From Mobula hypostoma (taxonomy: Eukaryota), in assembly GCF_963921235.1 (NCBI RefSeq), contig NC_086107.1, positions 108,316,001 through 108,380,000 of the forward strand: DNA of 64,000 bases. Direction: 5' to 3'. Both the position numbers and the translations under genes were made by a program. The stretch's first letter is position 1, and each line of letters begins with the position of its first letter. The notes below the pieces were generated by a model, which worked only from the letters and a program-made list of their open reading frames with translations, was not told where the DNA came from and made no database searches. Positions 1 through 10,644 of the stretch are shown piece by piece.

Positions 1-71
1 CTTCCATGCTTCTATAGTCTCCTACACAAAAAAAACAAAATATTAATTCAGCTACGAGACTAAAATGGTTA

Positions 72-590
72 TAGCTGGGGGTTGTAATGGGGTCAAGCTC
101 CCACTACCTAGAAAAATGCTCCCAATGGTGTGTGCCTCAAACAGTTCCTGGCCTTCATGTGTGGCTTAGCTACTAAGCCCAACGGAATCGTTCCTACCGA
201 CAGGGCGAAGGTGGGTTACTGGCGCCTTAAAACCAGTCACTTCAGGCAGATAGGGCTCATCGGCCGTAGTTGGGAAGTCATCGAGGAGAAGGAAAACTCT
301 GATCTCAAACCTCCGCTGCCTTGTGGCTATAGCCACTCGTGGGGGAAGGCTTTGGGAGCAAACGGCAAGGAAAAGTCCCAGAGCTGGAGTCCCTAAGGCA
401 GTCCTATGTTGAGTTCAACGCTGACTGGCAGCTCCTGCGACGCCGCTGGTCAGTGCATCTGTCTCTGCCGACACTTTGGATTCATCAGCTGCATGGAGAG
501 GGAGAGCTTGCTACATGGACAACAGCTTGCTTTTCATCTCGTACTCCCATGGCTTGCATATCTAGACAGCCAGGACGTAACATCTATGGT
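72..590 (+). mobile_element. Interspersed repeat, probably RTE-clade LINE 5'-UTR-like or non-autonomous derivative
   Basis: Contains GGAGAAGGAAAACTCTGATCTCAAACC (~284-310), which I recall as an RTE 5'-UTR motif. No coherent ORF; boundaries approximate. Confidence 0.4.
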
Positions 591-682
591 TGACCCTGAC
601 CAATGGAGGCTTCACCAAAACAGCTAATGTAAGTTGAATTTGGTTAAAGTAAATTCATCATCTAAACCAAGCCATCTACTTG

Positions 683-1522
683 TAGCTACCATCAGGCTGG
701 AGGGTCAGAAACCTGAAGGCCCATACCACCTTCAACCATTTGGTTCCTGAACCAACTGGTACAACCTTAATCACTATCTCTGTACCACAACACCGTGAAC
801 ACTTTGTAGAACAAAGGACATTTTAAAATTGTGTTCCAATTGTGTTCCTTCTTGTATAACTTATGGTTTCTTCTAGGGTGCATCACAACCTGGTATGGAA
901 GTTATCCTGTCCAAGACCGGAAGAAGCTGCAGAAGATCATGAACACAGCCCAGCACATCACACAAACCAATCTTCCGTCCTTGGACTCACTTTACACCGC
1001 ACACTGTCGGAGCAGGGCGGCCAGGATAATCAAGGACACGACCCACCCGGCCAACACACTTTTCGTCCCTCTTCCCTCCGGGAGAAGGCTCAGGAGCTTG
1101 AAGGCTCGTACAGCCAGATTTGGGAACAGCTTCTTTCCAACTGTGATAAGACTGCTGAACGGATCCTGACACGGATCTGGGCCGTACCCTCCAAATATCT
1201 GGACCTGCCTCTCGGTTTTTTTGCACTAGCTTACTTTCCATTTTTCTATTTTCTATTTATGATTTATAATTTAAATTTTTAATATTTACTATCGATTTGT
1301 AATCCAGGGAGCGGGAAGCGCAGAATCAAATATCGCTGTGATGATTGTACGTTCTAGTATCAATTGTTTGGCGACAATAAAGTATAAAGTAAAGTACTTT
1401 ATGTTTTCTTGTGAATGTTGTGCCTCTGATGCTATCTACCTGCAATGTGGGTTATCCAATGCACCTACTGTGCATATGAGTACAGTACTTGTGCGGATGT
1501 CGATAAACTTAACCTCGACTTT
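683..1522 (+). mobile_element. Old Rex1/Babar-like LINE 3' fragment, interrupted by a younger copy
   Basis: Degenerate LPSG..R..K.HTT-like coding remnant at ~685-750. The 3' UTR resumes after ~1396 and ends near gataaacttaacctcgacttt. Confidence 0.45.
873..1396 (+). mobile_element. Young 5'-truncated Rex1/Babar-like LINE (C-terminal ORF, 3' UTR and tail)
   Basis: Open frame GCITTWYG...RKKLQKIMNTAQHIT...IIKDTTHP...LPSGRRLRSLKARTARFGNSFFP, stop at 1169; ends AATAAAGTATAAAGTAAAGTA. Confidence 0.8.
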
Positions 1523-1699
1523 AAAATGGCATCGCCCACCAAGCAATCGGGGCAGAATGGGTTGAACCTCTCAGTGTTATCTGAGCTCTGTCAAATTTCA
1601 GAACAGCTTAGATGGGTAATTCTGGATAAGATTCAACTAGGACATTGATGGAGAAGACTGGTGGTTTATGGGTATGAGGGGCATGAACTCCATTAATAC

Positions 1700-2015
1700 C
1701 TGAAATATCACAATCCACGCGTAGCCGATGTTGTCAAAGTTAATGGCTCCTTTGTGAGGGTTCTTGTCACCAGTTTGGCAGGCAGTGTAGTACCGGTTCC
1801 AGTTGACACACCCCCCGGTAACGTTGAGCTCCTGGCCCAAGGCAGCATAGTAGTAATAGTCATCCTTGTCCAGGCAGCATTCATGCCCGTTGTCTCTCAG
1901 TGCTGGGATCTCGTGACAGCCCATGATGCCGTTATCTCCAGACAGAGAGCAGATGAAAGGCGTTTCATCATCCTTCTCGGGATGGTAGTACAGGGGCAGA
2001 GAGAGTCCATTGTAC
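1700..2015 (-). CDS. CACNA1I: Internal coding exon (316 bp) of T-type voltage-gated calcium channel alpha-1, Cav3.3-like; domain I extracellular S5-pore loop
   Basis: Translation YNGLSLPLYYHPEKDDETPFICSLSGDNGIMGCHEIP...CVNWNRYYTACQTGDKNPHKGAINFDNIGYAWIVIFQ matches my recollection of Cav3.3; SGDNGIMGCHEIP and HKGAINFDNIGYAWIVIFQ favour 1I over 1G/1H. Acceptor ...tttcactctgtttccag|G at 2016/2015; donor CAG|gtatta at 1700/1699. One base plus 105 codons, in phase with the exon at 11495-11654. Confidence 0.95.
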
Positions 2016-2082
2016 CTGGAAACAGAGTGAAACAAAGAAACTTGAGACGTCTGCTTGTGGAGGTCTTGGCGACATGAATGAG

Positions 2083-2240
2083 AGGTCAGTGTAGTGGGGA
2101 GGGTGGGATCTGTGTAGTGCAGAAGGTGGGGTCAGTGTAGGGGATAAGATGGGGTCAGTGTAGTTGAGAAAGTGGGGTCTGTGTAGGGGATAAGATGGGG
2201 TCAGTGTAGTGGTGGGAGTGGGATCTGTGTAGTGGTGAAG
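2083..2240. repeat. Short G-rich minisatellite, ~23-bp unit (GGGGTCAGTGTAG...)
   Basis: About 7 recurrences of G(G/A)TC(A/T)GTGTAG at ~23-bp spacing. Confidence 0.8.
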
Positions 2241-2454
2241 GAGAGGTCTGTCTAGTGGTCTCCTGAGTGGAGAAGTTGGACCAAACAGAAATGAGTCTGA
2301 CATTCGTGGTGTATTTAATCAGGGGCTGCTGTGAGCTCTGCCCTGTGGCGAAGCAGCAGCTATCTTTACTGGGCAGACTGCTGCACCAAATTCCTCTCTG
2401 TAACCCCCACTGATCCACCCTTTTCATGGCATATCCTCGTCGGCTGTACCCGCG

Positions 2455-2655
2455 GCTGGAATTGGTGTTGGTTTACTACTGTCACATGCACCGAGATACA
2501 GAGAAAGGCTTGTCTTGCATTCTGTTCATACAGATCAGATAATTAGGCAGTGCATTGAGGCAGAACAAGTTAAAACAATAGCAGAATGCAGATAAGTGTG
2601 TGACAGCTAGAGAATGTGCAATGCAGGTAAGCAACAGGTTGCAAGGTCATAATGA
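2455..2655 (-). mobile_element. Degenerate LINE 3'-UTR/tail fragment
   Basis: Reverse strand ends ...gtgacagtagtaaaccaacaccaattcc, resembling the tails of the other Rex1-like fragments in this window. Confidence 0.4.
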
Positions 2656-2752
2656 GATCCTCCAAACTTTTCTTCTGGCAAGGTCTAGATCAGTGATCGG
2701 GACTACATCGAGTTTTTGTTATTAAAGGATAAGAACAGTTGGCTTGTTGTAG

Positions 2753-2982
2753 TTTTAGATTTAGATTTAGAGATTGTGAGATGCTAACAGGTCCTTCCAA
2801 CCCAATGAGCACGCGCTGCCCAGTTGTACCCATGTGACCAATTAACCTACTAACCTGCACGTCTTCTGAATGGCGAAAAACGGGACCACCCAAAGGAAAC
2901 CCACGCGGTCATGGGGAGAGTGTACAGAGAGTGGCGGATGGGAACCCGCATTGCAATAGTGTTACGTTAACCGCTCTGCGTG
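2753..2982 (-). mobile_element. V-SINE-like (HE1-related) SINE
   Basis: Minus strand has GCGTGGGTTTCCTTTGGGTGGTCCCGTTTTTCGCCATTCAGAAGACGTGCAGGTTAGTAGGTTAATTGG (V-domain-like) and a (TCTAAA)n tail. Confidence 0.7.
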
Positions 2983-3004
2983 GAAGACTCCGCGGCCAAA
3001 GGAC

Positions 3005-3148
3005 TTCCCCCTCCCTCCACCTTCTTACTCTGGCATCTTCCCCCCTTCGTTCCAGTCCTACTGAAGGGTCCCAGTCCGAGGTGTGGACTGTTGGATCTGA
3101 CCTGCTGAGGTCCTCCAGCATTTTGTGAGTGCTGCACTGGTTTCTGGA
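3005..3148 (+). mobile_element. Short decayed Penelope-related terminal fragment with a degenerate hammerhead motif
   Basis: CCAGTCCTACTGAAGGGTCCCAGTCCGAGGTGTGGACTG...TGACCTGCTGAGGTCCTCCAGCATTTTGTG aligns by eye with 19090-19186 and 12320-12450. Confidence 0.6.
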
Positions 3149-3342
3149 CAACAAACGGCAATGTGACCACGACTAAGTAACCGGTTTCACTGCTGTTCAC
3201 TAAAGGTAGCTAGTGGCTCAGGACGGGAGGAGAAGCCCCTCACTCATCTCTATAACACTGCAGCAGAAACAGTAGATTAGACTTGGCTTACCGTCTCAAT
3301 CAAAGTCAGTACTTTTGCACTCTCTTCATGCTGGCTGTCCAA

Positions 3343-3835
3343 CACAGAAATATAGGAACATAGAAAATAGGTGCAGGAGTAGGCCATTCGGCCCTTCGAG
3401 CCTGCACCGCCATTCAGTATGATCATGGCTGATCATCCAACTCAGAACCCTGTACCTGCCTTCTCTCCATACCCCCTGATCCCTTTAGCCACAAGAGCCA
3501 TATCTAACTCTCTCTTAAATATAGGCAATGAACTGGTCTCAACTGTTTCCTGTGGCAGAGAATTCCACAGATTCACCACTCTCTGTGTGAAGAAATTTTT
3601 CCTCATCTCGGTCCTAAAAGGCTTCCCCTTTATCCTTAAACTGTGACCCCTTGTTCTGGACTTCCCCAACATCGGGAACAATCTTCCTACATCTAGCCTA
3701 TCCAATCCCTTTAGAAATTTATACGTTTCAATAAGATCCCCCCTCAATCTTCTAAATTCCAGCGAGTATAAGCCTAGTCGATCCAGTCTTTCATCATATG
3801 AAAGTCCTGCCATCCCAGGGATCAATCTGGTGGAC
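3343..3835 (-). mobile_element. Young 5'-truncated CR1 LINE
   Basis: ORF IPGMAGLSYDERLDRLGLYSLEFRRLRGDLIETYK...FFTQRVVNLWNSLP; 3' UTR with a (TTTCTATG)n-like tail at ~3343-3368. Confidence 0.92.
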
Positions 3836-4059
3836 AGTGCAGCATCTTATGGTCTTATAGTGGGATCGGGGATCAGCCATGACAGAATGGTGGAAGAGAC
3901 TTGATGGGCTGAATGGCCTAATTCTACTCCTATGGTCTCCTGATAGTAGTCATCTGATAGTACAGCACTCTTGCAACATGGACCTTTCCCTATTCTGCTT
4001 TTCTCCCCCCAGCATTACTCCTCTGATGGTTTTCCTTATCTACTTACTCCCAAGTCCCT

Positions 4060-5818
4060 GCAAAGGGATTTGGGAACTCCTCGTGCAGGATTGCCTAAAG
4101 ATTAATTTGCAGGTGGTGGAGCCGGTGGCGAGGAAGGCAAATGTAATGTTAGCATTCATTTCAAGAGGACTAGAATATAAAAGCGAGGATGTAATGTTGA
4201 GGCTTTATAAAGCACTGGTGAGACCTCACTTGGAGGATTGTGAGCAGTTGTGGGACCCTTATCTAAGAAAGGATGTGCTGACATTGGAGAGGGTTTTAAG
4301 AGGGCTCGTGGAAATTATTCTGTGTTTGAGAGGCATATGAGGAGTGTTTGATGGCTCTGGGTTCTCACCGGAATTCAGAAGAATAAAGGGTGACCTCATT
4401 GAAACCTGTCAAAAGTCAAAAGACAGACTGGAGGCAGAGAGGATGTTTCCTATGGTGGAGGAGTCTAGGCAAGAGAGCACAGCCTCAGAATAAAGGAGCG
4501 TCCTTTTAAAATGGAGAAGAGGAGGAATTTTCAGAATGGCAGGCGGTGACTAGTGGGGTACCGCAAGGCTCAGTGCTGGGACCCCAGTTGTTTACAATAT
4601 ATATTAATGACTTGGATGAGGGAATTAAATGCAGCATCTCCAAGTTTGCGGATGACACGAAGCTGGGTGGCAGTGTTAGCAGTGAGGAGGATGCTAAGAG
4701 GATGCAGGGTGACTTGGATAGGTTGGGTGAGTGGGCAAACTCATGGCAGATGCAATTTAATGTGGATAAATGTGAAGTTATCCACTTTGGTGGCAAAAAT
4801 AGGAAAACAGATTATTATCTGAATGGTGGCCGATTAGGAAAAGGGGAGGTGCAACGAGACCTGGGTGTCATTATACACCAGTCATTGAAAGTGGGCATGC
4901 AGGTACAGCAGGCGGTGAAAAAGGCGAACGGTATGCTGGCATTTATAGCGAGAGGATTCGAGTACAGGAGCAGGGAGGTACTACTGCAGTTGTACAGGGC
5001 CTTGGTGAGACCACACCTGGAGTATTGTGTGCAGTTTTGGTCCCCTAATCTGAGGAAAGACATCTTTGCCATAGAGGGAGTACAAAGAAGGTTCACCAGA
5101 TTGATTCCTGGGATGGCAGGTCTTTCATATGAAGAAAGACTGGATGAACTGGGCTTGTACTCGTTGGAATTTAGAAGATTGAGGGGGGATCTGATTGAAA
5201 CGTATAAGATCCTAAAGGGATTGGACAGGCTAGATGCGGGAAGATTGTTCCCGATGTTGGGGAGGTCTAGAACGAGGGGTCACAGTTTGAGGATAGAGGG
5301 GAAGCCTTTTAGGACCGAGGTTAGGAAAAACTTCTTCACACAGAGAGTGGTGAATCTGTGGAATTCTCTGCCACAGCAAACTGTTGAGGCCAGTTCATTA
5401 GCTATGTTTAAAAGGAAGTTAGATATGGCCCTTGTGGCTACAGGGGTCAGGGGGTATGGAGGGAAGGCTGGGTTCTGAGTTGGATGATCAGCCATGATCA
5501 TAATAAATGGCGGTGCAGGCTCGAAGGGCCGAATGGCCTACTCCTGCACCTATTTTCTATGTTTCTATGTTTCTATTTCTTTAGCTAGAAAGAAGTGAAT
5601 CTGTGGAATTTGCTGCCACGGGCGGCTATGGTGGCCAAGTCATTGGGTGTATTTAAGGCAAAGCTTGATAGATTCTTGATTAGTCAGGGTGTGATTGGAT
5701 ACGTGAAGAAGGCAGGAGATTGGGGCTGAGAGGAAAAATAAATTAGCCATGATGAAATGGCAAAGCAGGCTCGATGGGCAAAGGTGGCCTAATTCTGCTC
5801 CGGTATCTTATAGTCTTA
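4060..5818 (+). mobile_element. Older degenerate CR1 LINE split by a younger CR1 insertion
   Basis: KANVMLAFISRGLEYKSEDVMLRLYKALVRPHLE remnant with frameshifts. Breaks at ...GAGGAGGAATTT (~4530), resumes TTCTTTAGCTAGAAAGAAGTGAATCTGTGG (~5577), ends ...TATCTTATAGTCTT. Confidence 0.8.
4528..5576 (+). mobile_element. Young 5'-truncated CR1 LINE (RT C-terminal half)
   Basis: Uninterrupted 310-aa ORF (4546-5478) with SGVPQGSVLGP and KFADDTKL RT motifs; 3' tail TTTTCTATGTTTCTATGTTTCTAT. Confidence 0.95.
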
Positions 5819-5899
5819 GTGTCTCCTTATGGCAGAGAAGAATGCTGGGTTTGCAATGAATCCTCTTTCCACTCCAGTTGTCCCCAGACTCTCAGAAAT

Positions 5900-6350
5900 T
5901 TGCTACTCGGCTACCCACGAGGGGCAGAAGATACAAAAACCTCAAAACTTGCACCACCAGGCTGGTAGACAGCTTCTATCCCGCAGTATAAGACTAGTTA
6001 ATGGATTTCTTACATGATAAAGATCTCTCAGTCTGCCTCGTCACAGTCGGTGGGTTAATTGGTTATTGCAAATTGTCCCATGATTAGGCTAGGATTAAAT
6101 TGGAAGATTGCTGGGCAGTGTGGCTCGAGGAGCTACTTCAATCAATCAATAACATAATCAATCAATTGATCGATCAGAAATAATGACCTTGCACTTTGCT
6201 TCTCTACTTGCGCTCCACTTTCTTTATAACTATGAAACCATATTCTTCATTCTGTTATTGCCTTCCCTTTTATCTGACCTCGATGTGCTGATGTTTGCGA
6301 TGATCTGTCTGGATGGAATGCAAACAAAGTTTTATGTGTGACGTTATTAA
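5900..6350 (+). mobile_element. Degenerate Rex1-like 3' fragment containing a SINE 3' remnant (~6045-6175)
   Basis: LLGYPRGRRY..L.T.TTR-like remnant; GGTTAATTGGTTATTGCAAATTGTCCC segment followed by (ATCA)n. Confidence 0.4.
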
Positions 6351-6502
6351 ATCAATTTAGGAATCCACATAGAGGGATGTAATCCATTTTCATGAATAAT
6401 TCATGGGGTTGTGACTTTCAAATGTCTCTTCAATATCTTCCCACCACGGTCACAAATGAGAGGAACTTCAGTCCTGCAGAAATATTACAATTTAGTACGA
6501 AG

Positions 6503-7411
6503 GGATCTGGCTGAGTGGTGCCACAACCACAACCTCTTACTCAATGTCAGCAAGACCAAGGAGCAGATTATTGACCAGGATGAGGAAACTGAAGGTCCTC
6601 ACAGGAGGATCAGAGGTGGAGAAGGTCACCAACTTTAAGTCCCTCGGTGTTATCATTTCAGAGGAAAGTCCTGGGCCCAGTATGTAAGTGCAATTATGAA
6701 GAAACCACAGCAGTGTCACTACTTCCTTAGGAGTTTGTGAAGATTCAGTATGACATCTAAAACTTTGACAAACTTCTATAGATGTGTGGTGGAGAGTACA
6801 TTGACTGGCTGCATCACAACCTGGTATGGAAACACCAATGCCCCTGAATGGAAAATCCTGCAAAAGGTAGTGGATATGGCCCAGTCAATCATGGGAAAAG
6901 CGATCCCCAACGTTGAGAACATCAACATGGGGAGTTGTTGCAAAAAAGCAGCATCCATCATCAGGGACCCCCACCACCTTGTCCATGCTCACTTCTCGCT
7001 GCTGCCATCAAGAAGAAGGTACAAGAGCCTCAGGACTCACACCACCAGGTTCAGGAACAGTTACTACCCCTCAATCATCAAGCTCTTGGACCAGAGGGGA
7101 TAACTTCACTCAACTTCGCTTGGTGCATCACTGAAGTATTTCCACAATCTGGGGACTCACTTTTAAGGACACTTCACTTCATGATCTCAGTATTTATTAC
7201 TTATTTATTATTATTATTTATTTTTGTATTTGCACGTTTGTTGACTTTTGCACACTGGTTGAATGCCCAGTTGGTAAGGTCTTTCATTGATTGTATTATG
7301 GTTATTATTCTATTATGGATTTATTGAGTATGCCCACAAAAATGACTTAGGGCTGTACATGGTAACATATATGTACTTTGATAATAAATTTACTTTGAAC
7401 CTTGAACTTTG
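6503..7411 (+). mobile_element. Degenerate Rex1/Babar-like LINE 3' part
   Basis: WCHNHNLLLNVSKTKE and FYRCVVESTLTGCITTWYG...DPHH...LLPSRRRYKSLRTHTTRFRNSYYP; tail AATAAATTTACTTTGAACCTTGAACTTTG. Confidence 0.85.
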
Positions 7412-7819
7412 GATTAATGCAATTAAGACAGCCCTGTGCGCACAGTTGTTTCTATGAAACTACTTCCTGTTCACCTCTGGCCCAAGGAAGTTCTTCTGTT
7501 TGTTCCATTTCCTGATGGGATGGGGATTTCCCTCCACCCTTAGCTGACTGGAGCTTGACGCCCAGAATTCACAGGTAGGCTTGCTGGGAAAAGACACGGA
7601 CTTTACAGCATGGATGGAGGCCCCTTGTCCCATTCCGTAGATGCCAACCAGAGGTGGCCGAGATTCTGCTAAGTTGATTTACTGTGAGATTTTGGGGTTG
7701 TCTATCTCAGTAGGCAAGTAGTCAAATTCATCACAGGCTGGAATCAGAAGATCTGATAGATGAATCAACAGATCTGGGAATTGGACAGTGGAAAGTGGAC
7801 ACAGCACTGGATCATTCTT

Positions 7820-8150
7820 TTGTTCACTATGTGCCATGTTGTATGACGTGGGCGATCGTAGTCTTTCCATGACCATGATTGTTCCTGGCAAAATTTTTCT
7901 ACAGAAGTGGTTTGCCATTGCCTCCTTCTGGGCAGTGTCTTTACAAGACAGGTGACCCCAGCCATTATCAATACTCTTCAGAGATTGTCTGCCTGGCGTC
8001 AGTGGTCACATAACCAGGACTTGTGATATGCACCAGCTGCTCATATGACCATCCACCACCTGCTTCCATGGCTTCACATGACCCTGATCGATGGGGACTA
8101 AGCAGGTGCTACACCTTGCCCAAGGGTGACCTGCAGGCTAGCAGAGGGAT
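7820..8150 (-). mobile_element. Short RTE-related element (SINE-like or internally deleted)
   Basis: Minus strand CCAGAAGGAGGCAATGGCAAACCACTTCTGTAGAAAAATTTTGCC resembles the RTE/BovB-type GGAAATGGCAACCCACTCCAGTATTCTTGCC motif. Confidence 0.55.
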
Positions 8151-8259
8151 CAGTGATTTTATTGAGTAGGATATCATTGTGGAAGGGCCAAATGGACTAC
8201 TCCCATTCTTAAGTGTCTGCTGATGGGGACTGAGCTGTACTTGCATCAAAGTATTCAGA

Positions 8260-9182
8260 GGGAGATAAAGGAAAAAGGTGCTATACTTCATTAGGAGTTG
8301 GTGGAGATTTGGTCTGTCACCGAAGACGCCAGCAAATCTCGACATGGGTACCGTGACAAGTTCTCTGACTGCTTGCCTTACCGTCCCCCAATGTGCAGGA
8401 TCAAAAAAACCCTGCAGAGAATTGTCGATCCAGCCATCTTCCTCGTGAGCACTTGCCCCCCACCCCAGCATCAAGGGCATCTTCAAAAGACAATGACTCA
8501 AGGAGGTGGCATCATCGTTACGGAGCCTCACTATCCAGCACGTGCCCTGGTCTCATTGCTACCATCAGGGAGGAGGGACAGCAGCCTGAGGGTTCACACT
8601 CAACATCTGAGGAACAGCTTCTTCCCCTCCACCATCATTTTTCTGAACGGTTCCTGAACATGCAAACGCAACCTTACTATTTTCCTCTTTTGTCGCACTA
8701 TTTATTCTTATTGATATATTTCTCAGTAAAAGGCAACAGATTTATACGATCCAAAGAATTTAGTAGTGTTGGCACGTGGCCAAGTGGTTAAGGTGTCGGT
8801 CTAGTGACCTGAAGGTCGCTAGTTTGAGCCTTGGCTGAGGCAGTATGTGTGTCCTTGACCAAGGCACTTAACCACACATTGCTCTTCGATGTAACCAGTG
8901 CCAAGCTTTATGGGTCCTAATGCCCTTCCCTTGGACAACATTGGTGGTGTGGAGAGGGGAGACTTGCAGCATGGGCAACTGCTGGTCTTCCATACAACCT
9001 TGCCCAGGCTTGCGCCCTAGAAACCTTCCAAGGCGCAAATCCATGGTCTCACGAGACTAGCGGATGCCTATTATATTTCTTGGTGTAATTTATAGTAAAT
9101 TTTTAATCTTTCACCGTACTGCCGCTGCAGAACAACAACTTTCAGGACATCCAGAATATCAGTGATAATAAACCTGATTCTG
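8260..9182 (+). mobile_element. Degenerate Rex1/Babar-like LINE 3' part with a SINE inserted in its 3' UTR
   Basis: IIVTEPHYPARALVSLLPSGRRDSSLRVHTQHLRNSFFPSTI remnant; tail GTGATAATAAACCTGATTCTG at ~9162-9182. Confidence 0.7.
8768..9072 (+). mobile_element. tRNA-derived SINE
   Basis: Pol III A box TGGCCAAGTGG (8777-8787) and B-box-like AGTTTGAGCC (8821-8830), followed by CORE-like GTGTCCTTGACCAAGGCACTTAAC. Confidence 0.8.
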
Positions 9183-9257
9183 CGTACTCAGGGGTAACAG
9201 GAGGTGGCCTGTACCCCTCCCTGTCTGTAAATCTAACCTGCTACTTCAGCCACAGTG

Positions 9258-9490
9258 TCAGAGAGTTATACAACATGGGAACAGGCCCTTCAGCCCAACT
9301 TGTTCCTGCTGATCAAGATTCTATCCATTTGTCTGTGCTTGGCCCTTGTGCTCGGAATATTTCCTGTCTATTGACCTTAAATGTCTTTTAACATTGTAAT
9401 TACACCTGCCTCTGGCAACTTGTTCAATATACCAACCACCCTCTGTGTGAAGAAGTCACCCCTTGCATCTCTTTTAAATCTTTCTCTTCA
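9258..9490 (-). mobile_element. Old CR1 3'-end fragment
   Basis: CCACCCTCTGTGTGAAGAAG (FFTQRVV on the minus strand) and ACAGGCCCTTCAGCCCA 3'-UTR motif. Confidence 0.65.
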
Positions 9491-9905
9491 GGATCGGGTT
9501 TAATATCACAGGCGATTGTTGTGAAATTTCTTGTCTTTGCAGCAGCAGTACAATGCAATACCTCATAATAAAAACTGTAAATTGCAGCAAGGAGTATATA
9601 TATGAAGAAGTTAAATTAAATAAGTAGCGCGAAAAAGAGTATTGAGGTAGTGCTCATGGGTTCAATGTCCATTCCGAAATTGGGTGACAGAGGGGAAGAA
9701 GCTGTTCCTGAATCATTGAGTGTGTGTCTTCAGGCTCCTGTACCTCCTTCCTGATGGTAGCAATGAGAGGGCATGACCTGGGTGATGGGGGTCTTTAATG
9801 ATGGATGCCTCCTTTTTGAGGCATCACTCCTTGAAGAGGCCCTGGATGCTGGGGTGACTAATACCCATGATAAAGCTCACTGCGTTCACAACTTTCTGCA
9901 GCTGA
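9490..9905 (-). mobile_element. Old Rex1/Babar-like 3' fragment
   Basis: Minus strand reads ...SIIKDPHHPGHAL.LLPSGRRYRSLKTHTQ*FRNSFFP. Confidence 0.7.
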
Positions 9906-10184
9906 TCTATCTCACTCATGTACACCTTCTTGTCACCTGAAACCCATGTCCCCTAGTTTTAGATTAACCTACACGCGGAGAAACAGTTCACACTGAATGT
10001 CAGACTGTTCGTAGTACAGATTCAGCAAGCCTCCGATCTCCCGGATGCTTTTCTCCATGCCTTGCCAATCCTGGGCAAATAGCCCAGTCAGGTCCACGTC
10101 CGAGCTTCCGGGAAGTGAGTGCTTGCACACAATCTCTGCTCACCGATCTTCAGGGGAGAGAGAATTGGGAGTGGCTTTGCAGGG

Positions 10185-10480
10185 GGACAGAAGAAAGCGA
10201 ACAAAGGAGAAGAGAGAGAGAAAGGGGGGGGGGAGAAGTAGGCATAAATAAAGTGAGAGAGAGGGACACAGAGAAATTGAGAGATTGTGAAATTGTGGCC
10301 AGAGCGGAGATTGTAGTACAGATTTTTAGAGGGAGGGTGTGAGAAGGAGAGAAATAAAGAGAGGGAAGTAGAGGGGTGAGGGAGAGAGGGAGAGTTTGTG
10401 TGTGTGTGCATGCACATACTTTTATGTGTGTGAGTGTGTGAGAGCAGGCGCGTGTCTGTATGTGCGTGCCTATGTATACG

Positions 10481-10521
<41 letters not shown>

Positions 10522-10640
10522 CAGAGAGAGAGCGAGATGGAAAGTGACAGAGAGAGAGAGAAGGCAAGAAAGAGAAATACTGAGTCAGATAGAGGCAGTA
10601 TGAGATAGAAAGGAGGAAGATAGGTATAAAGAGTGGCAGA
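10185..10640. repeat. Compound GA-rich / (GT)n microsatellite and low-complexity tract
   Basis: Purine-rich GA repeats flanking imperfect and perfect (TG)n runs (~10483-10514). Confidence 0.9.
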
Positions 10641-10644
10641 CCTT

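Noticed and set aside
858..1410. Candidate TSD for the young Rex1-like copy (ACTTATGGTTTCTT vs ACTTTATGTTTTCTT)
   Set aside because: Imperfect and low-complexity, so it cannot be called with confidence.
1637..2035. ORF-track 132-aa protein as a standalone gene
   Set aside because: It is one internal exon plus intronic read-through; splice sites delimit 1700-2015.
8768..8845. Possible tRNA gene
   Set aside because: The A/B boxes run into a SINE body and tail, the B box is mutated, and there is no clean acceptor stem.
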